A DNA stretch of 64,000 bases from an uncultured Gammaproteobacteria bacterium (lineage in GTDB: Bacteria; Patescibacteriota; Microgenomatia; Levybacterales; UBA12049). Below, piece after piece: positions 1-9,041 of this stretch (its first letter is position 1; each line of letters begins with the position of its first letter). The position numbers and the translations under genes are program-made. Under the pieces are notes generated by a model. It made no database searches. It was given only the letters and a program-made list of their open reading frames with translations, and was not told the origin of the DNA. The DNA lies in NCBI GenBank assembly GCA_964610465.1, contig CAZSWA010000007.1, forward strand, positions 4,062 to 68,061. The letters are read 5' to 3'.

Positions 1-984
1 CTTGCTGATGATAATCCTACTTGGAAAATTGAACAATTAGTTACACATCTTTCTCAAAACTCAGACAATAATAATACACTTACCATTGAGCAAGTTATTG
101 CTTTCTTTAAACGTATAGACCATCCTTCTCTTTTGCAGATAGATTTTGCAACTATTTCTGTCGAAACTCTTTTACTCTATCCTGAAGTACAACAACTTTT
201 GACAATTGCCTGTCAGCATCCTGAATGGTCAACTCAGCAAATGATTGATATGATGCCAAAAACTGCAATTGGTGGGCCAATTCTTTCTTATCAGACAGTA
301 CGTACTATCCTAAACCGTTTTCATCTCACGTCTCCCATACGCAGACAACTGGGAAGTAAACCAATTACTGAGCTACTGCAAAAATATCCGTTGCCCAAAG
401 TTCATCCACTTACAATTGATATTCCTGAAGTAATTGCAAAATGTAAAGAAAATCGTAAGATACAAAATCCAGAACACACTTTAGAAAATCCTAGAAAAGA
501 TGTTGTACCACAAGTTTCTGTACAAACTGTATCAGAGGAAGTGCCAATCGAAACATCACAAGAATTACCAACTCCAAATCCTATTCCTGAGCATCAATCG
601 TTTGCGTCAACATTTATTGCTCAGCGTCTTGCAGAGATAGACAATATAGATAGGATGGGTATTCAAGCCGTGCAGAATACGGTTTCTGATAAAAAAGAGA
701 ATCCTTATGCTACACAGCATTTTCAAGATACACATGTGGATAAATTCTCAATAACTAGAGAAAACGCACGTCCTGTAAATAAAAGTGATGTGTCAGTTTC
801 TCAAGGCACAATGGAACCTCATAAAGCCAAATATTTTACTAGAAATATCATCCTTTTTTTTATTCTTGCGCTGTTCCTTTTTATTGGTATGATTTGGTGG
901 CTAAATATATATGCCAATGCTCATACAAGTTCTACTTCTCAAATACAAAGTTCATTGCCTGTAGTAATCAGGCAAGGTAATTAA
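1..984 (+). CDS. hypothetical protein (5' partial; the reading frame is open from window position 1) with a single C-terminal TM helix
   Basis: Frame 1 has no stop from nt 1 to 984. The track ORF 133..984 begins at a TTG and is probably an internal start. The C-terminus shows a hydrophobic helix (IILFFILALFLFIGMIWWL). No family motif recognised. Confidence 0.45.
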   Translation, partial: LADDNPTWKIEQLVTHLSQNSDNNNTLTIEQVIAFFKRIDHPSLLQIDFATISVETLLLYPEVQQLLTIACQHPEWSTQQMIDMMPKTAIGGPILSYQTVRTILNRFHLTSPIRRQLGSKPITELLQKYPLPKVHPLTIDIPEVIAKCKENRKIQNPEHTLENPRKDVVPQVSVQTVSEEVPIETSQELPTPNPIPEHQSFASTFIAQRLAEIDNIDRMGIQAVQNTVSDKKENPYATQHFQDTHVDKFSITRENARPVNKSDVSVSQGTMEPHKAKYFTRNIILFFILALFLFIGMIWWLNIYANAHTSSTSQIQSSLPVVIRQGN

Positions 985-992
985 TCAAAAGT

Positions 993-2525
993 CTATATTT
1001 CAACCATCATGTGTTCCCTTTTCCCGTGATGAGCAATATTTCTTGTATCATGTACAAAAAACGCAGCAAGTGCGCCAAACCCAATAAGAATTCCTGAAAC
1101 ATGAAATACAGTTGCGTAGGCTAGAACATTTGCTTTTACTGTCATAAGCGTTATTGCTTCCTGTATCAGAGCTGGATTTAGGGTATGTATCAATGAATAC
1201 TTTTGAAGGGATAAAAGATTTTTAGTTACTGAATTTGAAAGAATTGTTGCAAAAATTGCCACGCCAAATGCTCCAGAAATATTGCGAACAAGCGCAAGAA
1301 TGGATGATGCGATTCCTACTTCTTGCAATGGCACAGTAGATGTTGCTGCCTGAGTAAGAGGTGATAACCCCATTCCAAGTCCAAAAGCAAAAACCATAAG
1401 TTTCCAGGCAATATCCCAAAAACCCCATTTGATATCAATACTACTCATCGAAAAATAGACGATAAATGCGGAGAGACACATTCCGCTTGCTATCACAAAA
1501 CGCGCTGGAAATTTTGCAGAGAGACGGGCTCCAAGAGGCGCACCGGCTAAGATACTGAGTGCCATTGGAATAAAAAGATAGCCAGCCTTGGTTACTGAAT
1601 ATCCAAGATATGTTTGAGCAAACAAAGGAACAAGAAATATTCCGCCAATAAGTCCCATGAAAGAAATAAAAGAAGTAATTAGTGCAGCTGAAAATGCCGG
1701 TATTTTGAAAAATTTCAAATCTACAATTGGCTCTTTTTCCCGCAGTTCAATAAAAAGGAATGCAACAAAGGAAATAGCAATCACTGCATAAGAAATAATA
1801 CTTTTTTCACTTCCCCATCCCCATCTTTGTCCTTGATCAAGAACCAAAACCATTGTTCCAAGCGCAGTACCAAGAAGCAATGATCCTGCAATATCAAAAT
1901 TTTGAAAACCTCTTATTTCATGAGCGTTTTCTTTAATAAAGGTCATTGCCATCCAGGCACCCAAAATACCAAGTGGCACATTGATATAAAATACTGAACG
2001 CCATGAAAATGCATCAATTAAGGGACCGCCTATCAATGGACCAAATACTGAGGCAGCAGCAAAAACTCCTGACCAGAGTCCCATTGCCAATGCCCGTTGG
2101 CCTTTTTCTTCAAAGGTATACGCGATAATTGATAATGCGATTGGATAATCAATAGAAACTGTTATTGCCTGAAGAATTCTGAAAAACACAATTGATGGGA
2201 GATTAAATGAAAGTCCAGCAAGCATAGAAGTCAGCGTAAATCCGATAATCCCAAAAAGATAGAGCGGTTTTCTGCCAATCATATCTCCCATTTTCCCAAA
2301 AATCGGAACAAAAATTGCATTGGCAATAATGTATGCAGTTGAAATCCAGCTTGCTTGAGAAACAGTAATACCAAAGTCCTGAATAATTTTGGGAAGAGCC
2401 AAATTAACAATTGTTCCATCAAGCCGTCCCAGAAATGATGCAATCATGACGGTCCCAAGAATCAGCCATTGTTGTGTTTCAAAACGTTTTTTTTGTGGAA
2501 CCTGGGATTCTTTGTTTTTTGCCAT
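993..2525 (-). CDS. MFS drug:H+ antiporter, DHA2 (EmrB/QacA) family, about 14 TMS
   Basis: Matches N-terminal MFS motifs (LALPKI..DFG.. , GK.GD..GRK) and has about 14 hydrophobic segments over 510 aa. It is the last gene of the MarR-HlyD-HlyD-MFS operon. Confidence 0.85.
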   Translation of the reverse strand: MAKNKESQVPQKKRFETQQWLILGTVMIASFLGRLDGTIVNLALPKIIQDFGITVSQASWISTAYIIANAIFVPIFGKMGDMIGRKPLYLFGIIGFTLTSMLAGLSFNLPSIVFFRILQAITVSIDYPIALSIIAYTFEEKGQRALAMGLWSGVFAAASVFGPLIGGPLIDAFSWRSVFYINVPLGILGAWMAMTFIKENAHEIRGFQNFDIAGSLLLGTALGTMVLVLDQGQRWGWGSEKSIISYAVIAISFVAFLFIELREKEPIVDLKFFKIPAFSAALITSFISFMGLIGGIFLVPLFAQTYLGYSVTKAGYLFIPMALSILAGAPLGARLSAKFPARFVIASGMCLSAFIVYFSMSSIDIKWGFWDIAWKLMVFAFGLGMGLSPLTQAATSTVPLQEVGIASSILALVRNISGAFGVAIFATILSNSVTKNLLSLQKYSLIHTLNPALIQEAITLMTVKANVLAYATVFHVSGILIGFGALAAFFVHDTRNIAHHGKREHMMVEI

Positions 2526-2526
2526 A

Positions 2527-3168
2527 CTATTGGGGAGTATTGGTATAAATAATAAGTTTGGCGCTCATGCCATTTTTAAGTTGCGGATATTTAGAAGCAT
2601 CAAAACGTACATAGACTTGAAATTGTTGCACAGGACGCTCGCTGGATATAGAAAATGCTGCCTGGGTTTGTTTGGCAGTTTGACTGATTTCATCGACATA
2701 TCCCCAAAATGTTTGTCCAGGATACGCATCAACCGTAAATGAAGCAGGCTGCCCTATGTGAATTTTATCAAGACCTTTTGTTTCATCAATTGTACCCACA
2801 ACCCGCATTTGGGATGGATCAATAAGCTGTGCAAGTACTATTTCTGGAGTAATTGTGCCTCCAATTGCATCATTTGCTGTCACGATAAGTCCATCTGTTT
2901 GCGAACGGATTGCCTGTCCACCAACTACTGCGATAGTATCACCTCTTTTTATTAATTTTCCTTCCTGCGCATCTACTTCTGTAAGTATTCCGGATAAAGG
3001 TGCACTGATTGGGATAATCGTTGCATTGATTAATGAATCATCAATATATATTCTATCCCGTCGAGTTTGCCAAAACCAGAATCCTCCAACCAGAAGTATA
3101 ATAAGCGCTACTGATGCAATAATGCGTAAAATCTTTTTGTTTTTTAGAAATCCTAATCTGTTTTTCAT
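2527..3168 (-). CDS. HlyD-family membrane fusion protein, short form without coiled-coil hairpin
   Basis: N-terminal TM anchor, a biotin-lipoyl-like segment (APLSGILTEVDAQEGKLIKRGDTI) and a beta-barrel tail. A 1-nt gap separates it from the downstream MFS gene. Confidence 0.7.
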   Translation of the reverse strand: MKNRLGFLKNKKILRIIASVALIILLVGGFWFWQTRRDRIYIDDSLINATIIPISAPLSGILTEVDAQEGKLIKRGDTIAVVGGQAIRSQTDGLIVTANDAIGGTITPEIVLAQLIDPSQMRVVGTIDETKGLDKIHIGQPASFTVDAYPGQTFWGYVDEISQTAKQTQAAFSISSERPVQQFQVYVRFDASKYPQLKNGMSAKLIIYTNTPQ

Positions 3169-3196
3169 AATGTTTTAGAAGCTATTTTCAAAACCT

Positions 3197-3246
3197 GTCA
3201 TTCCCGCCTTAAGCGGGAATCCAATCCCGATTGCATAGAGGATGAC
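3197..3246. repeat. about 50-bp copy (X1) of the GTCATTCC/GGAATGAC-terminated element, intercistronic between the two HlyD genes
   Basis: GTCATTCCCGCCTTAAGCGGGAAT ... TAGAGGATGAC; contains a 7-bp stem TTCCCGC/GCGGGAA. Confidence 0.3.
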
Positions 3247-3272
3247 AAAGAGGTTTGAAAATGACTTCTGGT

Positions 3273-4373
3273 TTAAAACACTTGATATCTTTGCGACACA
3301 ATATATTCAGGGTTAGTTATTAACTCATCATTTTCTTCAAGTCCTGTAAGTACTTCGGTCATGCCTCCATGAGTTTTGCCCACAGTAATGTTGCGAAGTA
3401 CAGGTTTGCCATTGGTTATTACCCAGATAGAACCATGACTGAATACCATCCATGTGGGAACAAGTTTTACTGCGTTTTGTATGTTGCTTTGAATCATTGC
3501 AGTTCCTTCTTGTCCAAGTTTGGCAGTACTAGGTAAGACAGTACTTTGGATATCGACTTGATAGGCATTGCCACCTGTGGGAAGAACAATTTTATCAGGA
3601 TATATTTTAATTACGGTGCCAGTAATTGCGTTTTGGTTATTGCCAAATTTTATTGTTGCAGTACTTCCTGTTGCTACATAATCTATATCGTTCTCTAAAA
3701 CGTTTGCGCGAAATACAAGAGATGATGGGTCAGTAACGACAAAAGACGTAGTGGTAGTGACATTTACTCCGGAAGTTGTCACATCCATATGTGTTACTAT
3801 TCCATCAATCGGCGAGGTAAGGGTTGCGAGTTGCAAAGCCTGTTGAGCAATCTCTACATTAAGTACAGAATTATTGAGACTTTGTTGATTTTCATCAAGG
3901 ATTCGTTTTGCCGCATCATTAATGATACTTGAAGAATTGTCTGCTGAAACACCGGCTGCATTGGCAATTACTTTTTGCTGTCCTTGCAAGATGTTGTTTG
4001 TACTATTTGTCTGTGTCTGATCAAATGCATCTCGAGTTGACTGATAGGTGTTAAGCGCTTGGGTCAGTTGTTTCTGAAGAGTTGTCGTATCAAGACTTGC
4101 AATAATTTGTCCTTGTTTTACACTATCTCCCTCTTTGAAAGGAAGATAGACAAGATTTCCAGCGGTTTGAAAATGCAGATTTGCCTGATTTTGAGCAGTT
4201 ATTGCTCCATCTGCCTGGATAACTGTATTAATAGTTCTGACAGCAACCGTCTGTGTTTTTTCAGAAGCAGTTACTCTTAGAAAAAGTTGCGATGTAACGA
4301 TAAGAACAAGGCTTATACCTAACGCTATTCCAAGGAAAGAAAGTATTGATTTTAAAGATATTTTGTTTTTCAT
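3273..4373 (-). CDS. HlyD/EmrA-family periplasmic adaptor (membrane fusion protein) with coiled-coil region
   Basis: N-terminal TM, a lipoyl-like motif (GNLVYLPFKEGDSVKQGQIIASLD), a long Q/N-rich helical hairpin and a C-terminal beta-barrel. It overlaps the MarR gene by 4 nt. Confidence 0.75.
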   Translation of the reverse strand: MKNKISLKSILSFLGIALGISLVLIVTSQLFLRVTASEKTQTVAVRTINTVIQADGAITAQNQANLHFQTAGNLVYLPFKEGDSVKQGQIIASLDTTTLQKQLTQALNTYQSTRDAFDQTQTNSTNNILQGQQKVIANAAGVSADNSSSIINDAAKRILDENQQSLNNSVLNVEIAQQALQLATLTSPIDGIVTHMDVTTSGVNVTTTTSFVVTDPSSLVFRANVLENDIDYVATGSTATIKFGNNQNAITGTVIKIYPDKIVLPTGGNAYQVDIQSTVLPSTAKLGQEGTAMIQSNIQNAVKLVPTWMVFSHGSIWVITNGKPVLRNITVGKTHGGMTEVLTGLEENDELITNPEYIVSQRYQVF

Positions 4374-4798
4374 TTCTGTATATTTGCTACTAAATTTTTC
4401 ATGATATATAAAAGCTGCAGTTTTTCTTCCTGTGAAAGATAAGAAAGCATACGAGTGATCTTTTGATTACGTTGTTTCATAACTTCTTTGAGTAATTCTT
4501 CTCCTTTTTGAGTCAGAACAAGCTTGACAATTCTTCGGTCCTCTTTATCATTTTGACGCGTTATGAGTTTTGTTGTAACCAGTTTATTGGATAAAGAAGT
4601 AGCCGTAGGCAGTGAAATTTTAAAATGATTTGCAATCTCAGTCATGGTGATACTTCCCAACTTATGGATAAAAATGAGTGCATGTATCTGTAAAATAGTA
4701 AGCTGTGCGGTATCTGAATCAAAAGACATTTCGTCCTTGAGTTTTCGGGAGAGTGCAAATATCAATTCAGCAATTTCGTCATTGAGTCTGTCATGCAT
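4370..4798 (-). CDS. MarR-family transcriptional regulator
   Basis: Winged-HTH signature (ITMTEIANHFKISLPTATSLSNKLVTTKLITRQNDKEDRR) at 142 aa. It is the first gene of the efflux operon. Confidence 0.8.
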   Translation of the reverse strand: MHDRLNDEIAELIFALSRKLKDEMSFDSDTAQLTILQIHALIFIHKLGSITMTEIANHFKISLPTATSLSNKLVTTKLITRQNDKEDRRIVKLVLTQKGEELLKEVMKQRNQKITRMLSYLSQEEKLQLLYIMKNLVANIQK

Positions 4799-4877
4799 AT
4801 ATAGATAAGCTAATTGTTAGACTGTCTAACTATTAGATTATACAACTAATAAAGCGGCTGTCAAGTAGTTTGTTCGT

Positions 4878-6209
4878 CTATTTGATATTTGTTTGTAATC
4901 TGTTTACATCTCTCCATCCGATATCACGCCTAAAATGTAATAACTTTGTTCCTCCATCAATACGAATCTTATCCATTGCTTCATATGCTTTCTTACGTGC
5001 ATCAATCACTGTATTTCCTTCACCAACTACATAAAAAAGTCTCCCACCATTGGCATAATTTCTCCCGTTAACTTTTTTTATCCCTGCTCCATATATCATA
5101 ACTCCTTCAACATTTCGCGCATTTTCTAATCCCGATATGATTTTGCCTTTCACTTCTGAATAATCATCAGGATATCCTCTGGAAGTTCCGGCGACTGCAA
5201 CTCGTGCTTTGCCATCTGTTTGTATCTGAATTGAGTTTAAGTTTCTTGTGGCAACTGCCAAACTTACTTTAAATAAATCATTTATAATTCCAGTTACTAT
5301 TACTTGTGCTTCCGGGTCGCCCCAACGTGCATTATATTCAATGACATTGGGTTTTCCTCTTTTATCAACATGCATCCCTCCAAGATATAATATTCCAGTA
5401 TAAGGTGTATTTGCTTTTTTCATTCCTTTAAATGTTTTATCCAAAATATCAGTTCGTACAGTTTGCATAATTTCTTCTGTGAGCAAAACAGGTGGAGTGC
5501 TACATCCCATACCGCCGGTATTTTTCCCTTGGTCTCCATCATTTACTCTTTTATGATCCTGAGCACTGCCTATAATTTGATAGGTATTCCCATCTGAAAT
5601 TGCAAAAGTCGAAAATTCTTCACCTATGAGCATTTGTTCAAGCAAAAATATATTGCCTGCTCCTTTAAACTGTTTCATTTCATCTATAGCTTTTATTGTC
5701 TCTTCACTACTATTTGTCAGTAGTACTCCTTTGCCTTCTGCTAACCCGTTAGCTTTGACGACCAATGGGCCTGGATGTTGTGCAACATACTGATATCCTT
5801 CTTCAGGTGTCTGACATACCTTAAATGCGGGATGAGGAATACCATTATCTCTCATAAATTCTCGTGCATAGCCTTTGTCCCACTCCAGTCTTCCAGCTTC
5901 ACGTTTTGGACCAATGTATGCAATTCCTTCTTCTGATAATCTATCAGCTAATCCTGCTTCTACTGCATTATCTTGCGCAATATCAACAAGGGTAATACGT
6001 TCTTCTCTACATATTGTTATGATATCTGAAATATCAGTAGTTTTTATGTTTGGAAAAGTACGAAGGGGTTTTTCTGTGGTATCCTGCATAGAATCATTGC
6101 CCGGTGCTGCATATACGGCATGTACCTCTGGACTTTGAGAATACTTATGTACAAGAGCAGTTTCTCTTCCTCCTCCTCCGATAACCAGCACCGAGTTTTC
6201 TTTTCGCAT
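4878..6209 (-). CDS. purD: phosphoribosylamine--glycine ligase (GAR synthetase)
   Basis: N-terminal VLVIGGGGRE motif and an ATP-grasp body. The start was moved to the ATG at 6209 (M20 of the track ORF) so that the protein begins like canonical PurD and does not overlap the upstream gene. Confidence 0.85.
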   Translation of the reverse strand: MRKENSVLVIGGGGRETALVHKYSQSPEVHAVYAAPGNDSMQDTTEKPLRTFPNIKTTDISDIITICREERITLVDIAQDNAVEAGLADRLSEEGIAYIGPKREAGRLEWDKGYAREFMRDNGIPHPAFKVCQTPEEGYQYVAQHPGPLVVKANGLAEGKGVLLTNSSEETIKAIDEMKQFKGAGNIFLLEQMLIGEEFSTFAISDGNTYQIIGSAQDHKRVNDGDQGKNTGGMGCSTPPVLLTEEIMQTVRTDILDKTFKGMKKANTPYTGILYLGGMHVDKRGKPNVIEYNARWGDPEAQVIVTGIINDLFKVSLAVATRNLNSIQIQTDGKARVAVAGTSRGYPDDYSEVKGKIISGLENARNVEGVMIYGAGIKKVNGRNYANGGRLFYVVGEGNTVIDARKKAYEAMDKIRIDGGTKLLHFRRDIGWRDVNRLQTNIK

Positions 6210-6219
6210 ATTTATTACT

Positions 6220-7797
6220 TTATGGTTGTTCTTTAAACCACCACCTGGTAGTTTCGTTGAATACACGAAGAGGCGTAACCGGATACCAATGTGCTTGGAA
6301 AAGCGCAGTTGGCGTTGCTAAAGATAAATCAGCAATAAAGGTATCATGTGGATAGAGTTTACTAAAAAGCATTGCTTCAGTAGTTGCGTCAATACTATCT
6401 CCTTTTACCAAATTATTGCTTGGAAAAACACATCTTCCATCCATAAGCCCTACTTTCTTACCGGAATTATCAAGCCTTCCGGAATATGCAAGAAGAAGCG
6501 AGACAGCTTGTGCTCTATCATGGTTGTCATCTTTACAATTATATAAAATCACTTTTTGATTTGGAAATTTTTGTTTTACAAGACCTACTTCTCTATTTAT
6601 TTCAATTTCAAATGGTTGAGTATGGAGATAATTTAAACTATCTTGCAAAGTAAAGAAAATAAGAATTACGATAATTCCTGCTGCAATATATTTTCCGTAT
6701 TTGATTTTTGCAATATTCCAGATAAGATATGCAGTAAGTAAAAATACAAAAGGATTGAGAAATTGTATATATCCATATCCTCTTTCTCCCCAATAATACC
6801 GAAGTAATACAAAGTCAAAACAAAACGCAGCAAAAAGCAATGCAAGCGGAGCAGTAAGTCTTCTCTTAAATGCATGCCAGGTCATAATTCCAAATATTCC
6901 GATAAGAATGAATGCTGAGACTATATAAGAGATATCAGTCTTGCCAATTTTATATCTGATACTTAATGCGTATGCCAAAAATCCCGGCCAGAAGTCTCTT
7001 AAATAAAACAGCCAGCGGTTAGGTACATAAATTGCTTTTCTTCCTTCAGTATAATAATAAAACATATTACGAACCGTGTACCAATGATTATTGAGATCAA
7101 AAAATAAAAAAGGTAAAAATGTTACAAAAATACCAAGTGAGATGCAGACAAAATACAAATAATTTCGTGGTTTATACACTAAGAGAAGAATGGGAAGTAT
7201 CAGAAGTGAGAGCATCTGATAGTGATGATTGATACCTATGCCTAGCAGAATTCCCAATAAAAAACTCCACCAGAGTGACATATCCTTTTTTATTAATCTG
7301 ATAAATAACAATACAGATAAACCAGCATAAATTGAAATCATATTGGGATTGCCAAGTCCGGTTGCTGTTGATATTTGCGCCTGAGAAAAGGTAACAAAAA
7401 GCGCAACAAGCAATCCAAAATATTTTCCAATCAGCTCCTCGCCTATTTTGTACATCACTAAGATAAAGAATGTAGAAAGAAGACCTGCTAAAATCCATGG
7501 AGCATAGGGAACAAAAAATATTCTCGTAAAAATAATAAGTGCATAATAATACCATGGACCAAAAGTAAAAGGACCGAGGGAAGAAAAAGGTCCGGTAAGA
7601 GGAAGTTGCAGTAATTTTGCTCCTTCCATAGCAACCATAGCATCTCGAGTTGAATCACCGCCCAATGCATCACGACCGGGAGTATTGTAAAAGCGGAAAA
7701 ATATCCCTATGAGGAGAATAACAATAAGTAAATAAAGAGAAAAATTTTGTTGACTCGAAAGATTTGTGAGAATAGAAGTTCGTTTACCTTTTACCAT
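6220..7797 (-). CDS. GT-C fold integral-membrane glycosyltransferase, family 39/83 (PMT/ArnT)-like
   Basis: 525 aa with about 12 TM segments and an N-terminal loop containing acidic residues (GRDALGGDSTRD). The topology is typical of family-39-like proteins that are common in CPR genomes. Confidence 0.5.
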   Translation of the reverse strand: MVKGKRTSILTNLSSQQNFSLYLLIVILLIGIFFRFYNTPGRDALGGDSTRDAMVAMEGAKLLQLPLTGPFSSLGPFTFGPWYYYALIIFTRIFFVPYAPWILAGLLSTFFILVMYKIGEELIGKYFGLLVALFVTFSQAQISTATGLGNPNMISIYAGLSVLLFIRLIKKDMSLWWSFLLGILLGIGINHHYQMLSLLILPILLLVYKPRNYLYFVCISLGIFVTFLPFLFFDLNNHWYTVRNMFYYYTEGRKAIYVPNRWLFYLRDFWPGFLAYALSIRYKIGKTDISYIVSAFILIGIFGIMTWHAFKRRLTAPLALLFAAFCFDFVLLRYYWGERGYGYIQFLNPFVFLLTAYLIWNIAKIKYGKYIAAGIIVILIFFTLQDSLNYLHTQPFEIEINREVGLVKQKFPNQKVILYNCKDDNHDRAQAVSLLLAYSGRLDNSGKKVGLMDGRCVFPSNNLVKGDSIDATTEAMLFSKLYPHDTFIADLSLATPTALFQAHWYPVTPLRVFNETTRWWFKEQP

Positions 7798-7920
7798 TAT
7801 TGATGTAGATTACACTAAAGTTATTGGTATTTCAAGAAGAATTAAAATATCTAATGAGAAATGATGAATATGCATAGCTAACTAAAATATACAGAATATA
7901 AGATAAATTATCTATTAGTA

Positions 7921-8358
7921 TTGACAATCTCTAAGGAACCATATATTAATAAAGATAAGAAAGAAAATGTGAAAACAGAAACATCTGTTGCTGAGTGTTT
8001 GTCTGTAACCCATGTAAAAACTGGAGAAAATAAGTCGGGTCAAAATGTTGCTTCTGATTCAATAGTAAAGCTCTCATTGTACGAAAAAATACAAAATGGT
8101 TTTAGCAATATGCAAAGAGAAGTGGAACCGTTTTCTGTATACGTGAAACGCGCTGAAAAGTTGATAGTACAAATTGAAGATTGTCCTTTATCAAAATTTA
8201 TAATGCCTCCTGAGGTAATACTATTTGAAGGATTGACAAATGAACATATTTTAAGCGGTAGAGAACTAAAATCTAATGAAAGAGATGGAAGACTTAAGCA
8301 AATAGGTTTCGATCTGATTGTAAAAGGTGCAGTAAAAGCAGTGAGTTCTTTGTTATAA
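7921..8358 (+). CDS. hypothetical protein (start uncertain; the track start is TTG)
   Basis: ORF only; no recognisable motif. Confidence 0.3.
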   Translation: MTISKEPYINKDKKENVKTETSVAECLSVTHVKTGENKSGQNVASDSIVKLSLYEKIQNGFSNMQREVEPFSVYVKRAEKLIVQIEDCPLSKFIMPPEVILFEGLTNEHILSGRELKSNERDGRLKQIGFDLIVKGAVKAVSSLL

Positions 8359-8363
8359 TAAAT

Positions 8364-8714
8364 ATGGATGTACCACCTCCAGCACCAACAAATCAGGATA
8401 TTCCGCCAGAAATCCGTAGTTTTCTTGAAAATACAATACGAAAAGCCGGCATGGCAGAACAGGATGATGCAATCACTGAGGAAATGATACAGAGTATATA
8501 TGGCAAGCTCAACGAATATCTATCTATCAAATTAGCGCATTTTCTCCCTACTGAAAAACTGCCCGAATATTCAAGATTTAACCAACAAGGAACTTCAGTA
8601 GAACAAATACAAACATACTTATTTATAAATGTACCGAATGCCAAAGATATTATGAAACAAGCATATATAGAATTTCGACAAATGATTATTGACAATGCAA
8701 AAGAAAACAATTAA
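8364..8714 (+). CDS. hypothetical protein
   Basis: ATG-initiated ORF, acidic and helical; no motif recognised. Confidence 0.4.
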   Translation: MDVPPPAPTNQDIPPEIRSFLENTIRKAGMAEQDDAITEEMIQSIYGKLNEYLSIKLAHFLPTEKLPEYSRFNQQGTSVEQIQTYLFINVPNAKDIMKQAYIEFRQMIIDNAKENN

Positions 8715-8861
8715 ATATATCCAGAAGAAATAAACAAAATTAATAAATTCCAGAACACAAATTCCAATATTCAAATAAACTCAAAAATCCAAAATAATTT
8801 TAAGATTTTTTCAATTCTTATTTCATATCTATTTGGCTTTTGGTATTTATTATTTGAAATT

Positions 8862-9041
8862 TTATATGAGGCTGTAGATAAAAGGAGCAATGCCTGTTGA
8901 TTGAGCAAAGAAAAGAATCAGTCCAAAAATAAGAAGAAGTACAATAAATGGAATAATAAACCACATTTTCGCTTTCCAGAGGAATGTAAATAAATCCTGC
9001 ATTTCCTCACTTCGTAAAAATAATCTTCTTATTAATTTCAT
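8862..9041 (-). CDS. DUF5989 (SxtK-like) small membrane protein, 59 aa, translationally coupled to the carbamoyltransferase
   Basis: Not in the ORF track because it is under 60 aa. The rc reads MKLIRRLFLRSEEMQDLFTFLWKAKMWFIIPFIVLLLIFGLILFFAQSTGIAPFIYSLI. Its ATG overlaps the carbamoyltransferase stop as ATGA at 9038-9041. The C-terminal APFIY motif and single TM are typical of the DUF5989 proteins that accompany NodU/CmcH carbamoyltransferases. Confidence 0.55.
   Translation of the reverse strand: MKLIRRLFLRSEEMQDLFTFLWKAKMWFIIPFIVLLLIFGLILFFAQSTGIAPFIYSLI

Noticed and set aside
1222-3178. Short ORFs 1222-1428(-), 2389-2742(+), 2758-2955(+), 2855-3178(+)
   Set aside because: They are embedded within, or antisense to, the well-supported MFS and HlyD genes. 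They show no start context and an odd composition.
4878-6266. Longer 462-aa PurD with 19 extra N-terminal residues
   Set aside because: Canonical PurD begins directly at the VLVIGGGGRE motif. The longer form would overlap the upstream gene by 47 nt, whereas the ATG at 6209 leaves a 10-nt gap.
8351-8366. TGTTATAAT box 4 nt before the ATG of the 8364-8714 ORF as a promoter
   Set aside because: The spacing would put the transcription start at or after the start codon. It is probably a coincidental AT-rich match unless the gene is leaderless and starts further downstream.
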